The notes under the pieces: model-generated | What the model was told of the DNA's origin: nothing | Database searches by the model: none | What the model saw: the letters and a program-made list of their open reading frames with translations, nothing else | Program-made: the position numbers and the translations under genes | Shown: piece by piece, positions 19,733 through 29,622 of the stretch | How positions within the stretch are numbered: position 1 is the first letter of the stretch | How the letters are laid out: every line of letters begins with the position of its first letter | From: Spirochaetia bacterium | Lineage (GTDB): Bacteria > Spirochaetota > Spirochaetia > UBA9216 | Assembly (NCBI GenBank): GCA_965140585.1 | Contig: OZ223264.1 | Coordinates: 352,001-416,000 of the forward strand | Reading direction: 5' to 3' | DNA: 64,000 nucleotides

Positions 19733-19835
19733 ACTATAGTATCAGGAATTGGGAAAATCAACAAGTTCTTCTTGCGACAATTATGTTTAATGATAAAACA
19801 AAAAGGTTGACAGTTGGAACATACAGGGTTACAAT
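19733..19835. promoter_or_regulatory. Divergent promoters and candidate ROK operator
   Basis: Plus strand TTGACA(19807)-17-TACAAT(19830); minus strand TTGATT(19761)-17-TATAGT; palindrome TGTTT-n7-AAACA at 19784-19800 between them. Confidence 0.7.
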
Positions 19836-19865
19836 CAGGATAAATACAACCAAAGGACAAACTAA

Positions 19866-21023
19866 ATGGGTAGACTTAAGGTAGCTGTGATTGGCACCGG
19901 TTATATCGGGCCTGTTCATGCAGAAGCAGTTAGAAGGAATGCCGGGCTTGCGGAACTTGCCGCTATTGCTGGAGTATCCGAAGCCGAAGCTAAAGAAGCC
20001 GCAGTAAAACTGAATGTCCCTTTTCATACCGGAGATTACAGGGAGATTCTGAAACGTGATGATATTGATGTAGTACACATCTGTACTCCGAACTTCCTTC
20101 ATTATTCAATGGTGAAGGAAGCTCTTGAGCACGGGAAGAGCGTAATCTGTGAAAAGCCGCTTACGCTTACATCAGCTGAAGCGCGTGAACTTGTTGCGCT
20201 TGCGGAATCCAGGGGGATAAAAGCAGCTGTAAACTATAATCTTCGTTATTATCCTATGATTCAGGAAATGAAGGAAAGAAATACAGAAAAATCAGCCGGA
20301 GAAGTTTTTGCAATACAGGGCTGTTATCTACAGGACTGGCTTCAGTACGAGACCGACTACAGCTGGAGGCTCGAATCAAAACTGAGCGGTAAATCGAGAG
20401 CTGTGGCCGACATCGGAACTCACTGGATGGATATGGCCCAGTATATTACCGGATTAAAAATTAAATCTGTATTTGCGCAGTTCAGCAGAATGTATGATAC
20501 CCGAAAGAAGAGCGCAGACGGAAAAGACCTTACATTTGATAAAGGAACCTCAAAGGATACATCAGCATATGTTTCGTATGAGGTTGATACCGAGGATTAC
20601 GCACAGATTCTTTTCAAGTTTGAAAATAATGTGTTTGGAAATCTTACGGTAAGCCAGGTTTCTGCCGGTTTTAAAAATTTCATGGAGTTCAGACAGATGG
20701 GAACCAAAGCTTCATTTTCCTGGAATTCTGAAGAACCCAACCTCATAAAAATCGGGCACAGGAATGCCGCTAACGAGATTCTGATGAAAGACCCCTCGTT
20801 AATGCATGATCATGCGGCCACTATGTCCGGCTATCCGGGCGGGCATCAGGAAGGTTACGGCGATACTCTGAAATGGGTTTTGCGTGAATTTTACTCTGAC
20901 CTTCTTGGTGTAGATATGGGCTCAGCCCCCGACTATCCGACTCTCAAAGACGGTCTGTCGGAAATGCTGCTCTGTGAAGCTGTAATTAAGAGTGTTGAAA
21001 CTGATTCCTGGGTAGAGGTTTAA
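19866..21023 (+). CDS. Gfo/Idh/MocA family NAD(P)-dependent oxidoreductase
   Basis: GTGYIG Rossmann motif, ICTPNFLH, CEKP, DIGTHW. Confidence 0.93.
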   Translation: MGRLKVAVIGTGYIGPVHAEAVRRNAGLAELAAIAGVSEAEAKEAAVKLNVPFHTGDYREILKRDDIDVVHICTPNFLHYSMVKEALEHGKSVICEKPLTLTSAEARELVALAESRGIKAAVNYNLRYYPMIQEMKERNTEKSAGEVFAIQGCYLQDWLQYETDYSWRLESKLSGKSRAVADIGTHWMDMAQYITGLKIKSVFAQFSRMYDTRKKSADGKDLTFDKGTSKDTSAYVSYEVDTEDYAQILFKFENNVFGNLTVSQVSAGFKNFMEFRQMGTKASFSWNSEEPNLIKIGHRNAANEILMKDPSLMHDHAATMSGYPGGHQEGYGDTLKWVLREFYSDLLGVDMGSAPDYPTLKDGLSEMLLCEAVIKSVETDSWVEV

Positions 21024-21025
21024 TA

Positions 21026-22159
21026 ATGAATAATCCTGTATGGATGATGAGTTCTGCCTTTCCTGACCGAAGCCTCCCTCAGCTGATTGAAACATCGCTC
21101 AAGATAGGTCTTCAGGGATTAGAGCTTTGTGTTTTCAGCAAGGACGGCACACGTGAAGACCATGTCGCAACCCACCTTGAATATGAGGGCTTCAATTCTG
21201 ATGAGGCAAAAAAAATACTCGAACTTTTCAATATCAGCGGACTCCGCTTTTCAATAGGTGCTTTTGAGAATTTAGTAGGCGGTGATGAAGCTCAGAGAGT
21301 CCATAATCAGAATCATCTTTTAAAGCTTATAAGAATGGCAGCTCTTCTGGGCGGTGACAGCAATGGAGTAACTGTTGGTTCTTTTGTCGGATACAATCAT
21401 GAATGGGATCTTGAAGACGGTTCATTTGAAAAGAACCTGATGGAGTACAAAAGAGTTTTTACTCCGATAATCAAGTATGCTGAAGATCTTGGTGTGACAG
21501 TTGTTTATGAAAACTGTCCGATGGAAGGCTGGAGACCGGCCGGGCAGTACGGAACAATGAATAACCTGTGTTCAACCCTCGCAGCGCGAAAACTTATGTA
21601 CAGCCTTATTCCAAGTAAGGCTCACGGTGAAACCTATGACCCAAGTCATGATGTATGGCAGTTTGTTGATCCGGTAGATGTCTTAAAAAATATGGATATG
21701 AGCAGGCTCAAAGCTGTACACCTTAAAACCACAAGAATGAAAAATGACGCCGGTGCAATTCACTGGGGACATGTATATGGAAAGCAGCTGATCTCAAAAG
21801 AACTTGCTGATGCCGCCGGTATCCCTTCGGCTGCCCATGAATGGGACAGGTTCTCATATGAACCGATGGTTCCGGGGTTCGGCGGGTCTGACTCTATGGA
21901 CTGGCGGGCCTTTACTGATTATCTGATGCAGAGCGGCTATGGCGGAGTTTTCTCTATTGAGAATGAAGGCGCCAACTCAAAGGGTACAGATAATGATGCA
22001 GCTATTGAACAGGGTTTCTCTTCCTGCCTTTCATTTATGAAACCGATGATCTGGCCGCTTACAGCGGACAAGGGTTACAGCTGCAGTAAACCGGAAGCAC
22101 TTAAAATACCGCAGGCGATGGATCTGCCTGTGGTTTCAATGAAGGATTTAACAGCCTGA
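21026..22159 (+). CDS. Sugar phosphate isomerase/epimerase-like TIM barrel (xylose isomerase-like/AP endonuclease 2 superfamily)
   Basis: Metal ligand set YENCPM (E), YDPSH (D), VHLK (H), SIENE (E). Confidence 0.85.
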   Translation: MNNPVWMMSSAFPDRSLPQLIETSLKIGLQGLELCVFSKDGTREDHVATHLEYEGFNSDEAKKILELFNISGLRFSIGAFENLVGGDEAQRVHNQNHLLKLIRMAALLGGDSNGVTVGSFVGYNHEWDLEDGSFEKNLMEYKRVFTPIIKYAEDLGVTVVYENCPMEGWRPAGQYGTMNNLCSTLAARKLMYSLIPSKAHGETYDPSHDVWQFVDPVDVLKNMDMSRLKAVHLKTTRMKNDAGAIHWGHVYGKQLISKELADAAGIPSAAHEWDRFSYEPMVPGFGGSDSMDWRAFTDYLMQSGYGGVFSIENEGANSKGTDNDAAIEQGFSSCLSFMKPMIWPLTADKGYSCSKPEALKIPQAMDLPVVSMKDLTA

Positions 22160-22216
22160 AAAGACTGGATAAATAAAGATTAAAGAATTCAGTGAATTCT
22201 GAAAAGGAGCGAAAAA

Positions 22217-23224
22217 ATGAAAAAACTGATTGCGTTCTTACTGGTTCTTGCTGTTGCAGGAACTGCCGTAGTTTTCGCAGGCGGGCAGAAGGAAAGCGGT
22301 GCTAAAAAAATTGCCGTTATTATGCCGAGCGCTGACCATGGCTTTCTGGGAGAAAGTATCAAACATGCTGAACATGCAACAAAGGGTCTTGCAGAAGCTG
22401 CAGGATATGAGCATGTGTTTCTTGTGTCTGATGACGTAGTTGAGCAGGCAAACCAGATTGACACTGTAGTTGCTCAGGGTGCTGACGTTGTAGTTCTCTG
22501 GCCTCACAACGGTGATGAACTTAAAGCCGCTGCACAGACTATTGTAGATGCCGGAATTCCGCTGATTATCTATGACAGACTTATTTCAAATTTTGATGAA
22601 ACCGCAGAGCTGATGGGTGACAACTTCACTATCGGTGAAGACTCAGGTCTTTATTTCAATGAATACTTCAAAGACGAACTTGCAAAGGGTAAAGTTAACA
22701 TGCTCGAGTTCAAGGGTGATAATTCAAGTGTTCCCAAGCAGAGATCTGACGGATTCTGGAAAACAGCAAGTCCCAACTTTGTACGTGTAAATGACTATGT
22801 TACAAACTGGAGCAAGGATACTGCTCAGACACAGCTTGAAACATTCCTCAGTTCAAGTACCAAGGAAGAAGTTGAAAGTATCAGGGCTATCTTTAACCAT
22901 GATGCTGATGTAGCTTTTGGACTTCTTGCAGCAATTGAAGGTTATGACGGAGATGCAGATCTGAACATCAAACTTGTTTCAGCTGTAAGTGCTCCAAGAG
23001 AGCTTCTCGATGTTTATGACCACTACAAAGAAATCGGAATCGATATCGTTACCTTCTCATTCTCACCTGCTATGGTAGTAGATGCTATCCAGCTCGGAAT
23101 TGATGTTCTTGATGGAAAAGATGTTTCGGGTATGCATCTTGTTCCTACAGAGATGGTTGATAACAGTAACTATAAAGAATTCAAGAAGGGCCCGGTTTAC
23201 ACCCTGCGATATTCTTTTTATTAG
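22217..23224 (+). CDS. Monosaccharide ABC transporter substrate-binding protein (RbsB-like)
   Basis: Signal peptide; class I periplasmic binding fold (GADVVVLWP, GIPLIIYDR, GDNFTIG). Confidence 0.92.
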   Translation: MKKLIAFLLVLAVAGTAVVFAGGQKESGAKKIAVIMPSADHGFLGESIKHAEHATKGLAEAAGYEHVFLVSDDVVEQANQIDTVVAQGADVVVLWPHNGDELKAAAQTIVDAGIPLIIYDRLISNFDETAELMGDNFTIGEDSGLYFNEYFKDELAKGKVNMLEFKGDNSSVPKQRSDGFWKTASPNFVRVNDYVTNWSKDTAQTQLETFLSSSTKEEVESIRAIFNHDADVAFGLLAAIEGYDGDADLNIKLVSAVSAPRELLDVYDHYKEIGIDIVTFSFSPAMVVDAIQLGIDVLDGKDVSGMHLVPTEMVDNSNYKEFKKGPVYTLRYSFY

Positions 23225-23231
23225 ACTTAAT

Positions 23232-23264
23232 AAAATGGCCGGTGCTTAGTTACCGGCCATTTTT
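23232..23264 (+). terminator. Intra-operonic hairpin/terminator after the SBP gene
   Basis: AAAATGGCCGGT-n8-ACCGGCCATTTT, ending in a T run. Confidence 0.75.
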
Positions 23265-23282
23265 CTCAGGAAGGGATTTTCA

Positions 23283-24782
23283 ATGCACTTAGAGATGAAA
23301 AACATTTATAAAAGTTTTGATGCGGTTAAGGCAGTTCAAGATGTTTCTCTTACAGTAGGAGATTCGGAAATCCACGGACTCCTTGGTGAGAACGGAGCCG
23401 GTAAGTCGACATTAATGAATGTCCTTGGAGGAATCCTTAGACAGGATTCCGGAAAAATACTGATTGACGGTGAAGACCACTCACATTTAACTCCTGTCAA
23501 ATCTGCACATGCAGGTATAAGGTTTATTCATCAGGAATTAAACCTTGTTAATGACCTGAAAGTTTATGAAAACCTTTTTCTGCATAACGAGCTGACCTAT
23601 GCCGGATTTATTCAGAAAAAGAAAGAGATGATAAAAAAATCTGAAGTAATCCTTAAAAAGATGAAGCTTGATATAGATCCCAACGAATATCTGCGTAATC
23701 TTGATACATCCAGAAAACAGCTTGTTGAAATTGCAAGAGCACTGCTGTTTGACTGCAAATTGATAATAATGGATGAGCCGACTACGGCACTTAATAATGA
23801 AGAAATAAATAACCTTTTTGAAATTATGCGCGGACTCAAATCTGAGGGAATAAGCTGCATCTATATTTCACATAAGATGCCAGAGTTGTTTGAGATTTGT
23901 GATCGCTACACGGTTATGAGAGACGGTAAATTTGTTGCCACTGGAAATTTTGCTGATATTAATGAACAGCAGGCCACCGAGATGCTGGTTGGAAGAAGTC
24001 TTAATGATGAAGTTGTAGAAAAAACTAATGTTGTAGATCAGGATGCTGTAGTCATGGACGTGCAGGATCTCAGCTGTGGAGAACATTTTAAAAATATAAA
24101 TTTTTCACTCCATAAGGGTGAAATTGTTGCAGTGACCGGACTTTTCGGAGATGGAAGAGGCGAGCTGAGTGAATGTCTTTTCGGAGCCCGTAAGATTACC
24201 GGCGGAAAGATTTTACTCAACGGTAAGGAAATACAGTCTGCCTCAATTCTGAAAGTAATGAAGTCCGGGGTTTCGATGGTTCCCCGAAATAGAAAGGAAC
24301 GATCCATTCTAAAGGATCTTTCTATCAAGGATAACCTTTCGATGGCTTTTTTTACCAGCAAGCATAATAAAATTTATATAAGCGATAAAGAAGAACGGGA
24401 ACGTTTTGAAGACAGCAAAAAAATTACAAATATTAAAGCCGCAGATCCTGAGCATTTGATTACTTCTTTAAGCGGCGGAAATCAGCAGAAAGTTATATTC
24501 TCCCGCTGGTTTGGACTGGATTCGGATGTCTATATCCTGGATAACCCTACTCAGGGAATCGATGTCGGGGCGAAATTTGAAATATACCAATTGATTACCA
24601 AATTGGCGGAAGCGGGGAAGAGTGTTCTGGTTTTCAGTTCCGAATACCCGGAAATCTACAAAATTTCCGACCGTTGTCTGGTGATGTATAAAGGGGAAAT
24701 AAATAAGGAACTTCTCCGAAGTGAACTCAATGAAATTGATGTTATGTATTATGCAACCGGATCAAACAGGAAGGTGGGATAG
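23283..24782 (+). CDS. Monosaccharide ABC transporter ATP-binding protein (RbsA-like, two NBDs)
   Basis: GENGAGKST, IMDEPT, LSGGNQQK, GIDVGAK. Confidence 0.95.
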   Translation: MHLEMKNIYKSFDAVKAVQDVSLTVGDSEIHGLLGENGAGKSTLMNVLGGILRQDSGKILIDGEDHSHLTPVKSAHAGIRFIHQELNLVNDLKVYENLFLHNELTYAGFIQKKKEMIKKSEVILKKMKLDIDPNEYLRNLDTSRKQLVEIARALLFDCKLIIMDEPTTALNNEEINNLFEIMRGLKSEGISCIYISHKMPELFEICDRYTVMRDGKFVATGNFADINEQQATEMLVGRSLNDEVVEKTNVVDQDAVVMDVQDLSCGEHFKNINFSLHKGEIVAVTGLFGDGRGELSECLFGARKITGGKILLNGKEIQSASILKVMKSGVSMVPRNRKERSILKDLSIKDNLSMAFFTSKHNKIYISDKEERERFEDSKKITNIKAADPEHLITSLSGGNQQKVIFSRWFGLDSDVYILDNPTQGIDVGAKFEIYQLITKLAEAGKSVLVFSSEYPEIYKISDRCLVMYKGEINKELLRSELNEIDVMYYATGSNRKVG

Positions 24783-24785
24783 GAA

Positions 24786-25781
24786 ATGGATACAGTAATA
24801 AAGAACGAACGAAAAGAAAAAATAACACTTTTATTGAAGAAGCTTGTAATTGATCATAATTATATTCTGTCGCTTATTCTCCTTTTGCTAATTGGACGAA
24901 TTGCAAGTGACCAGTTTCTTTCAGCAGCCAGTCTTATAAACCTGCTTAAATCTTCGGTTTTTATTGGAATAATTGCACTTGGAATGTCCCTTGTAATTAT
25001 ATCAGGCAATATAGATCTGTCGGTTGGTTCAATCCTTGGACTTACTGCAGCAATAGGTGTTGTCGTCTTTAACTCGACAAGCAGCATTCTGCTTACATTG
25101 GCTACAACTGTCGGAATGGGGCTGGTCCTGGGACTGTTCAACGGACTGTTTGTCGGAATAGCCAATGTTGCGGCATTTATTGTCACGCTGGCTACTCTTG
25201 TTGGTTATCGGTCAATCACAATACAGTTCGGTGACGGCGGTCCTCAGATTGTCAACAATGATACATACTTCGATATTCTCCGGCCTATTGGCTATGGAAA
25301 ACTCGGGCCGATTCCGTTTCTGGTAATAATTTTTATACTGATCACTCTTGCTGTCTGGTTTCTGATGACAAAGACGAAGTTCGGACGCTATGTCTATGCA
25401 ATAGGTTCAAATGAAAGAGCCGCCCGATTAACTGGTATTAATGTAAAACTTGTAAAGGTCTCAATCTTCACCATAACCGGGATTTTGACCGGTATAGCCG
25501 GTTTTCTGTACATTACGCGTTTCGGCTCTGTGGACGTTGCAACTGCAGGAAAAGGTTTTGAACTGGATGTTATTGCAGCTGTCGCAATAGGCGGTACTTC
25601 AATGGCGGGCGGCCGCGGTCGTATACAGGGTTCATTTTTTGGTGCTGTCATTCTGTATGCTATTGATGCAATTCTTTCAGCATTCCAGGTGCCGGCCTTT
25701 GTAAACGATCTCATAAAGGGAATATTAATCCTTGGTGCTGTTCTTCTGCAGAAAGCACTTGATAAGGAAAGAACTGAATAA
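24786..25781 (+). CDS. Monosaccharide ABC transporter permease (RbsC-like)
   Basis: IDLSVGS, AFIVTL, FGRYVYAIGSNERAARLTGI, ELDVIAAVAIGGTSMAGG. Confidence 0.95.
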   Translation: MDTVIKNERKEKITLLLKKLVIDHNYILSLILLLLIGRIASDQFLSAASLINLLKSSVFIGIIALGMSLVIISGNIDLSVGSILGLTAAIGVVVFNSTSSILLTLATTVGMGLVLGLFNGLFVGIANVAAFIVTLATLVGYRSITIQFGDGGPQIVNNDTYFDILRPIGYGKLGPIPFLVIIFILITLAVWFLMTKTKFGRYVYAIGSNERAARLTGINVKLVKVSIFTITGILTGIAGFLYITRFGSVDVATAGKGFELDVIAAVAIGGTSMAGGRGRIQGSFFGAVILYAIDAILSAFQVPAFVNDLIKGILILGAVLLQKALDKERTE

Positions 25782-25833
25782 ACTCAGGTCCGGTAAAATT
25801 CTGACCATCTGAATTTCTCCTCCTTTTTATTTT

Positions 25834-25871
25834 TCCTCATCCGGGTTGAAGCGCCCGATGAGGATTTTTTT
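25834..25871 (+). terminator. Rho-independent terminator of the sugar ABC operon
   Basis: TCCTCAT(C)CGGG...CCCGATGAGGA followed by T7. Confidence 0.75.
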
Positions 25872-25878
25872 GAAATTA

Positions 25879-25930
25879 ATGTAACCGTGTGGTAACATAT
25901 TTATATAACCAATGGGTTATATAAATATGT
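25879..25930. promoter_or_regulatory. Tandem candidate TetR operators (TAACC-n4-GGTTA core)
   Basis: Perfect 16-bp inverted repeat ACATATTTATATAACC-aatg-GGTTATATAAATATGT (25895-25930) plus imperfect ATGTAACC-gtgt-GGTAACAT (25879-25898). Confidence 0.75.
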
Positions 25931-25947
25931 GTATAACAGGGATAAAA

Positions 25948-26580
25948 ATGGAACGGGACAGAGTTCAGACAGAACGCAGAATTATTGATGCGGTAAGCAG
26001 GATTGTAGAGAAAAAGGGAATTAACTTCGTGGGCATAAATGCAGTATCCCGCGAGGCGGAGGTCTCGAAGGTTCTTATCTACAGGTATTTTGATGATCTT
26101 GAGGGTTTGCTGACGGCCTGGGCAGAAGAGCACAGCTACTGGATGCAGACAGCAAAAGAACTTGATTACGATGAAGTCAGCACTCTCAGTCTGGAAGAGA
26201 AGCGCAGACTTACTTTCGAAATATTCAGAAGGCAGATATTTGGGCTGCGTGACAATAGCATAATGAGAGAACTTCTTCGCTGGCAGATGCATGAAAAAAA
26301 CAGTATCTGCACAAGAATATCTGAAGAAACTGAAAAAAAAGGGCTTGCATTAACCCATGCTATGCAGACAGATCTGAAAACAGAAATGGATGTTGAGGCA
26401 CTGATTGCAGTTATTACTGCAGGAGTCACTTACCTTGGTATAATTTCCGACACTATTCCGGTTTTTAACGGAGTGAATCTGCAGACAAAAAAGGGACTGG
26501 AAAGAATTGCCTATGCGGCGGCTGAACTTTCCGATCATATATTTCTATCTGCTAATAATAAAATTGAACATGGAGAATAA
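25948..26580 (+). CDS. TetR/AcrR family regulator
   Basis: GINAVSREAEVSKVLIYRYFDDLEGL HTH; start moved to ATG 25948 (MERDR), downstream of the operators. Confidence 0.9.
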   Translation: MERDRVQTERRIIDAVSRIVEKKGINFVGINAVSREAEVSKVLIYRYFDDLEGLLTAWAEEHSYWMQTAKELDYDEVSTLSLEEKRRLTFEIFRRQIFGLRDNSIMRELLRWQMHEKNSICTRISEETEKKGLALTHAMQTDLKTEMDVEALIAVITAGVTYLGIISDTIPVFNGVNLQTKKGLERIAYAAAELSDHIFLSANNKIEHGE

Positions 26581-26584
26581 TAGA

Positions 26585-27319
26585 ATGAATAAAATGTTTT
26601 TTTTGATTACAGCTGTATTAACAGCCTTTTCATGCGCCGGCACCAATACGGAAACTATTGAGCTGCAGACCGGTTCTGATGCAGAAATACGAATTACGGT
26701 CGGAGATTCATGGCTGCACGATTTCCCTTTATTTCTGTGGTTTAAAACAAAAAACAGCCCTCAGTTTGCGGTCTGGATTGAGGATGAGTCAGGCAATTAC
26801 CTGGATACGGTTTATGTCACAAAAAAGGTTGCTACCGAGGGCTGGGTTTTCAATAGCGGAAATCGTCGCAGTGAGGCTCTGCCGTTCTGGTCGCATAGCC
26901 GGGGAGAGGTCTACAGTGATGGTCTTCTGCTTCCGACTAAAGACGATCCGCTTCCCGATGCAGTAACCTCAGCAACACCGAAGGGCAGCTCAATCCTGCC
27001 GGTCAGTTTACCCTCCGGGACGGACAGATTTATAATCTATGCTGAGTTTAACCATTCGGTGGACTTCAATGATTTTTATCCTGAAGATGCTGCTGAAGGT
27101 GATTCCGGATACAGTGGCGGTGAAATGGGAAGCGGCCAGCCTTCAGTGATTTACCGGGCTGTGTTAGATTCAGCTTCATTAGAACCGGGCGGTGAAGTTA
27201 TATTTGAATTAGCGGGCCATGGTTCTGCGGATGGAAGCAGCGGAAATCTTTATCCCGATATTTCAAACCTGACTACTGCATCCAATATTGTTTCTTCAGT
27301 AATATTTGTCATAAAATAA
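26585..27319 (+). CDS. DUF2271-like lipoprotein
   Basis: Lipobox AFS-C from ATG 26585; PQFAVWIED..G.YLDTVYVT, ALPFW and PDAVTSATP motifs. Confidence 0.75.
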   Translation: MNKMFFLITAVLTAFSCAGTNTETIELQTGSDAEIRITVGDSWLHDFPLFLWFKTKNSPQFAVWIEDESGNYLDTVYVTKKVATEGWVFNSGNRRSEALPFWSHSRGEVYSDGLLLPTKDDPLPDAVTSATPKGSSILPVSLPSGTDRFIIYAEFNHSVDFNDFYPEDAAEGDSGYSGGEMGSGQPSVIYRAVLDSASLEPGGEVIFELAGHGSADGSSGNLYPDISNLTTASNIVSSVIFVIK

Positions 27320-27329
27320 AAATTTTGAA

Positions 27330-28067
27330 TCAGTTTTTTAAAATATTCAGCAGGGCTTTTTTCCATACAGCGTATAGAACCGCTGTATGGATTAAGAGTG
27401 CACAGGCGGCAAGCAGTGCAGTATTGCCTGAACTGAAGACGAGCATGCCAATCCAGTAGTTGGGAATAACTGCTGCAAAATAATGGAAGGGGGCCGGTAC
27501 GAAAAACGGGATGGCCGGGGCAAGCATGAATATGCCCAAAGCCTTACCCATTGTCAGGCCTTCTACCTTGTTTTTAGCCGCTGCAGCTATAAATAACCCG
27601 GCTGCTGCACCTTCGATGCTCAGGCATACTGCAATTACTGCAGTTCTAATAATTCCAATGCTGCAAAGCGGATTAACCCTGAGAAAAAATACAGCAAATA
27701 TAAAAGCTAAAATACTGAATATTCCTGTCCTGACAAGATAATGCCGTTTTAATCCGAAGGGCGTCAGCGAAATCTGTACAAGAATATTTTCGTCCTTTTC
27801 ATCCAGAATGGTAAATCCGGTAAGCATTCCGTACATCAGGGTCGGAACCGTTGCAAAGAATGCTGTGATCAGCGGATAGTAAAAGTTCAAATCGAATAGT
27901 GTATATTTTGTTAGCAATTCTGCAGCCGCAGGAATGCCGAAGTAAGTAACTGCTGTAAGCATAATTGGCGCAGCGAAGATTAAAATCAGCATGGGATCCC
28001 GGAAGATTGATTTTGTTCCACTCAGCCCCGTATGCAAAAATCTGTACCTGTTTAGAGTTTTACCCAT
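27330..28067 (-). CDS. ABC-2 exporter permease (fluoroquinolone-export type)
   Basis: RDPML, LDEKDE..LTP, AKNKVEGL..K motifs; 6 TM. Confidence 0.85.
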   Translation of the reverse strand: MGKTLNRYRFLHTGLSGTKSIFRDPMLILIFAAPIMLTAVTYFGIPAAAELLTKYTLFDLNFYYPLITAFFATVPTLMYGMLTGFTILDEKDENILVQISLTPFGLKRHYLVRTGIFSILAFIFAVFFLRVNPLCSIGIIRTAVIAVCLSIEGAAAGLFIAAAAKNKVEGLTMGKALGIFMLAPAIPFFVPAPFHYFAAVIPNYWIGMLVFSSGNTALLAACALLIHTAVLYAVWKKALLNILKN

Positions 28068-28771
28068 GATTCACTGCCTCCGCGTTTTTTTACTGATGAT
28101 TTAAGCACCTTTCCTGCGGCATAGAAAGAAACCGCAGACCACGAAAGCATTGATATATATGCAGGTCGCATGGTTAAAACTTTATCACTGCCGTTTGTCT
28201 TCAGAAGGATGTCTGCAATTCCCCTTATCGGGAAAATATAAAACAGGGGAGAGCTGACAATTCCTGTAATATCAAGTACAGCAGGAAGGAAAAGAATCAT
28301 GAAGCCTATTGAAAAAAGAAAGTACTGGTTAACGTTTTTTGCTTTTGCAGATATTACTATTCCCATTGCCGTAAAAATTACAGATGATAATACAGAACCA
28401 GTTAAAATAATCAGGATAAGGGTAGCATTGTTTTGTCCGGATACAATCAGTAAAATCACACTACAACTAAAAGCCAGAGTCCCCAGGCTTATAATTTTGG
28501 ATAATAAATACTCGTGGATACGAAGCGGACTGATGAATAATGATTCAAGCAGCTGCTCGCTCCTTTCAAGAAGAACTATTCCGCCAATGAAGAAGAAGCC
28601 TAAAACAGCTGTATCGCTGAAAATTAAATCAGCTGCAGCCTGGGGCCTGAATGCTTCCGGAATGAGTCGCAGAATGATACTGTAGACAATAGTAACTGCT
28701 GCGTATATGTAATAAAAACCGTGACGAAACTGAAATCTGAAATCCTGTTTAAGCATTCCCGCAAGTCTCAT
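28052..28771 (-). CDS. ABC-2 exporter permease (fluoroquinolone-export type)
   Basis: DFRFQFRHGFY, LGFFFIGGIVLLER, SPLRIHEYLLSK. Confidence 0.88.
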   Translation of the reverse strand: MRLAGMLKQDFRFQFRHGFYYIYAAVTIVYSIILRLIPEAFRPQAAADLIFSDTAVLGFFFIGGIVLLERSEQLLESLFISPLRIHEYLLSKIISLGTLAFSCSVILLIVSGQNNATLILIILTGSVLSSVIFTAMGIVISAKAKNVNQYFLFSIGFMILFLPAVLDITGIVSSPLFYIFPIRGIADILLKTNGSDKVLTMRPAYISMLSWSAVSFYAAGKVLKSSVKKRGGSESWVKL

Positions 28772-29622
28772 AGCAGTCTGCTCCCGGTTGTCTTTATAAA
28801 GATATCTTCAAGACTTGCCTCGGCAGAATGCATGGTTTCAGGATCCCCCGAACGCAGGAAATCAATAAAATCACTGTTGTCGCCAATACCGTGGAGAGGA
28901 AAATCTTTGCTCACTGTTTTCCCATTAATATTTGATTCAACGCAGACTGAACGCTGTCCCTGTGAGAGCTTCAGGTTTCTGGGACTGTCTATGAGACTGA
29001 TCCTGCCGGCCACAATAAAAGCCACACGGTCACATAGCTCATCAGCAGCAGACATATTGTGAGTAGTAAGGAAAACAGTTTTGCCTTCTGATTTCTGTTT
29101 AAATATCATATCCTTCATTATTTTTGAATTTACCGGATCGAGCCCTGATGTTGGTTCATCCAGAAAGAGCAGTGAAGGATTGTTTATCAGCGCACGGGCA
29201 AAGTTCAGACGCATTTTCATTCCCTTTGAATAACTACCGGTTTTTAGATGAGCATCTTTATCAAGACCTACATGCCTCAGCAGTTTTTCAGGTGTAATTC
29301 CCGCACCGCGGTAAAGGGACTGGAAAAACTCCAGGTTTTCGATTCCTGTGAATCGGCTGTAAAGATTCGGAAACTCAAAAGCTACTCCGATTCTTTCGTA
29401 GTAGTCTTCTTTGATTTTATTAATTGCCCTCCCGCTGACTTCTACTTCTCCATTGTAGCCCTTCAGCAGGCCAATCAGTATTTTCTGGGTTGTGGATTTT
29501 CCGGCACCGTTAGGTCCAAGGAATCCGAAGATTTCGCCTTTGTTTACATTGAAACTGATACCGTCAACAGCATTTACAGAGCTGCCTGGGTACCTGTAGC
29601 TTAATTTATTTACCCTGATCAT
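28768..29622 (-). CDS. ABC exporter ATP-binding protein, paralog of the 13397 gene
   Basis: GPNGAGKST, YSKGMK, FLDEPT, TTHNM, TMHSAEASLEDIFI. Confidence 0.93.
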   Translation of the reverse strand: MIRVNKLSYRYPGSSVNAVDGISFNVNKGEIFGFLGPNGAGKSTTQKILIGLLKGYNGEVEVSGRAINKIKEDYYERIGVAFEFPNLYSRFTGIENLEFFQSLYRGAGITPEKLLRHVGLDKDAHLKTGSYSKGMKMRLNFARALINNPSLLFLDEPTSGLDPVNSKIMKDMIFKQKSEGKTVFLTTHNMSAADELCDRVAFIVAGRISLIDSPRNLKLSQGQRSVCVESNINGKTVSKDFPLHGIGDNSDFIDFLRSGDPETMHSAEASLEDIFIKTTGSRLL

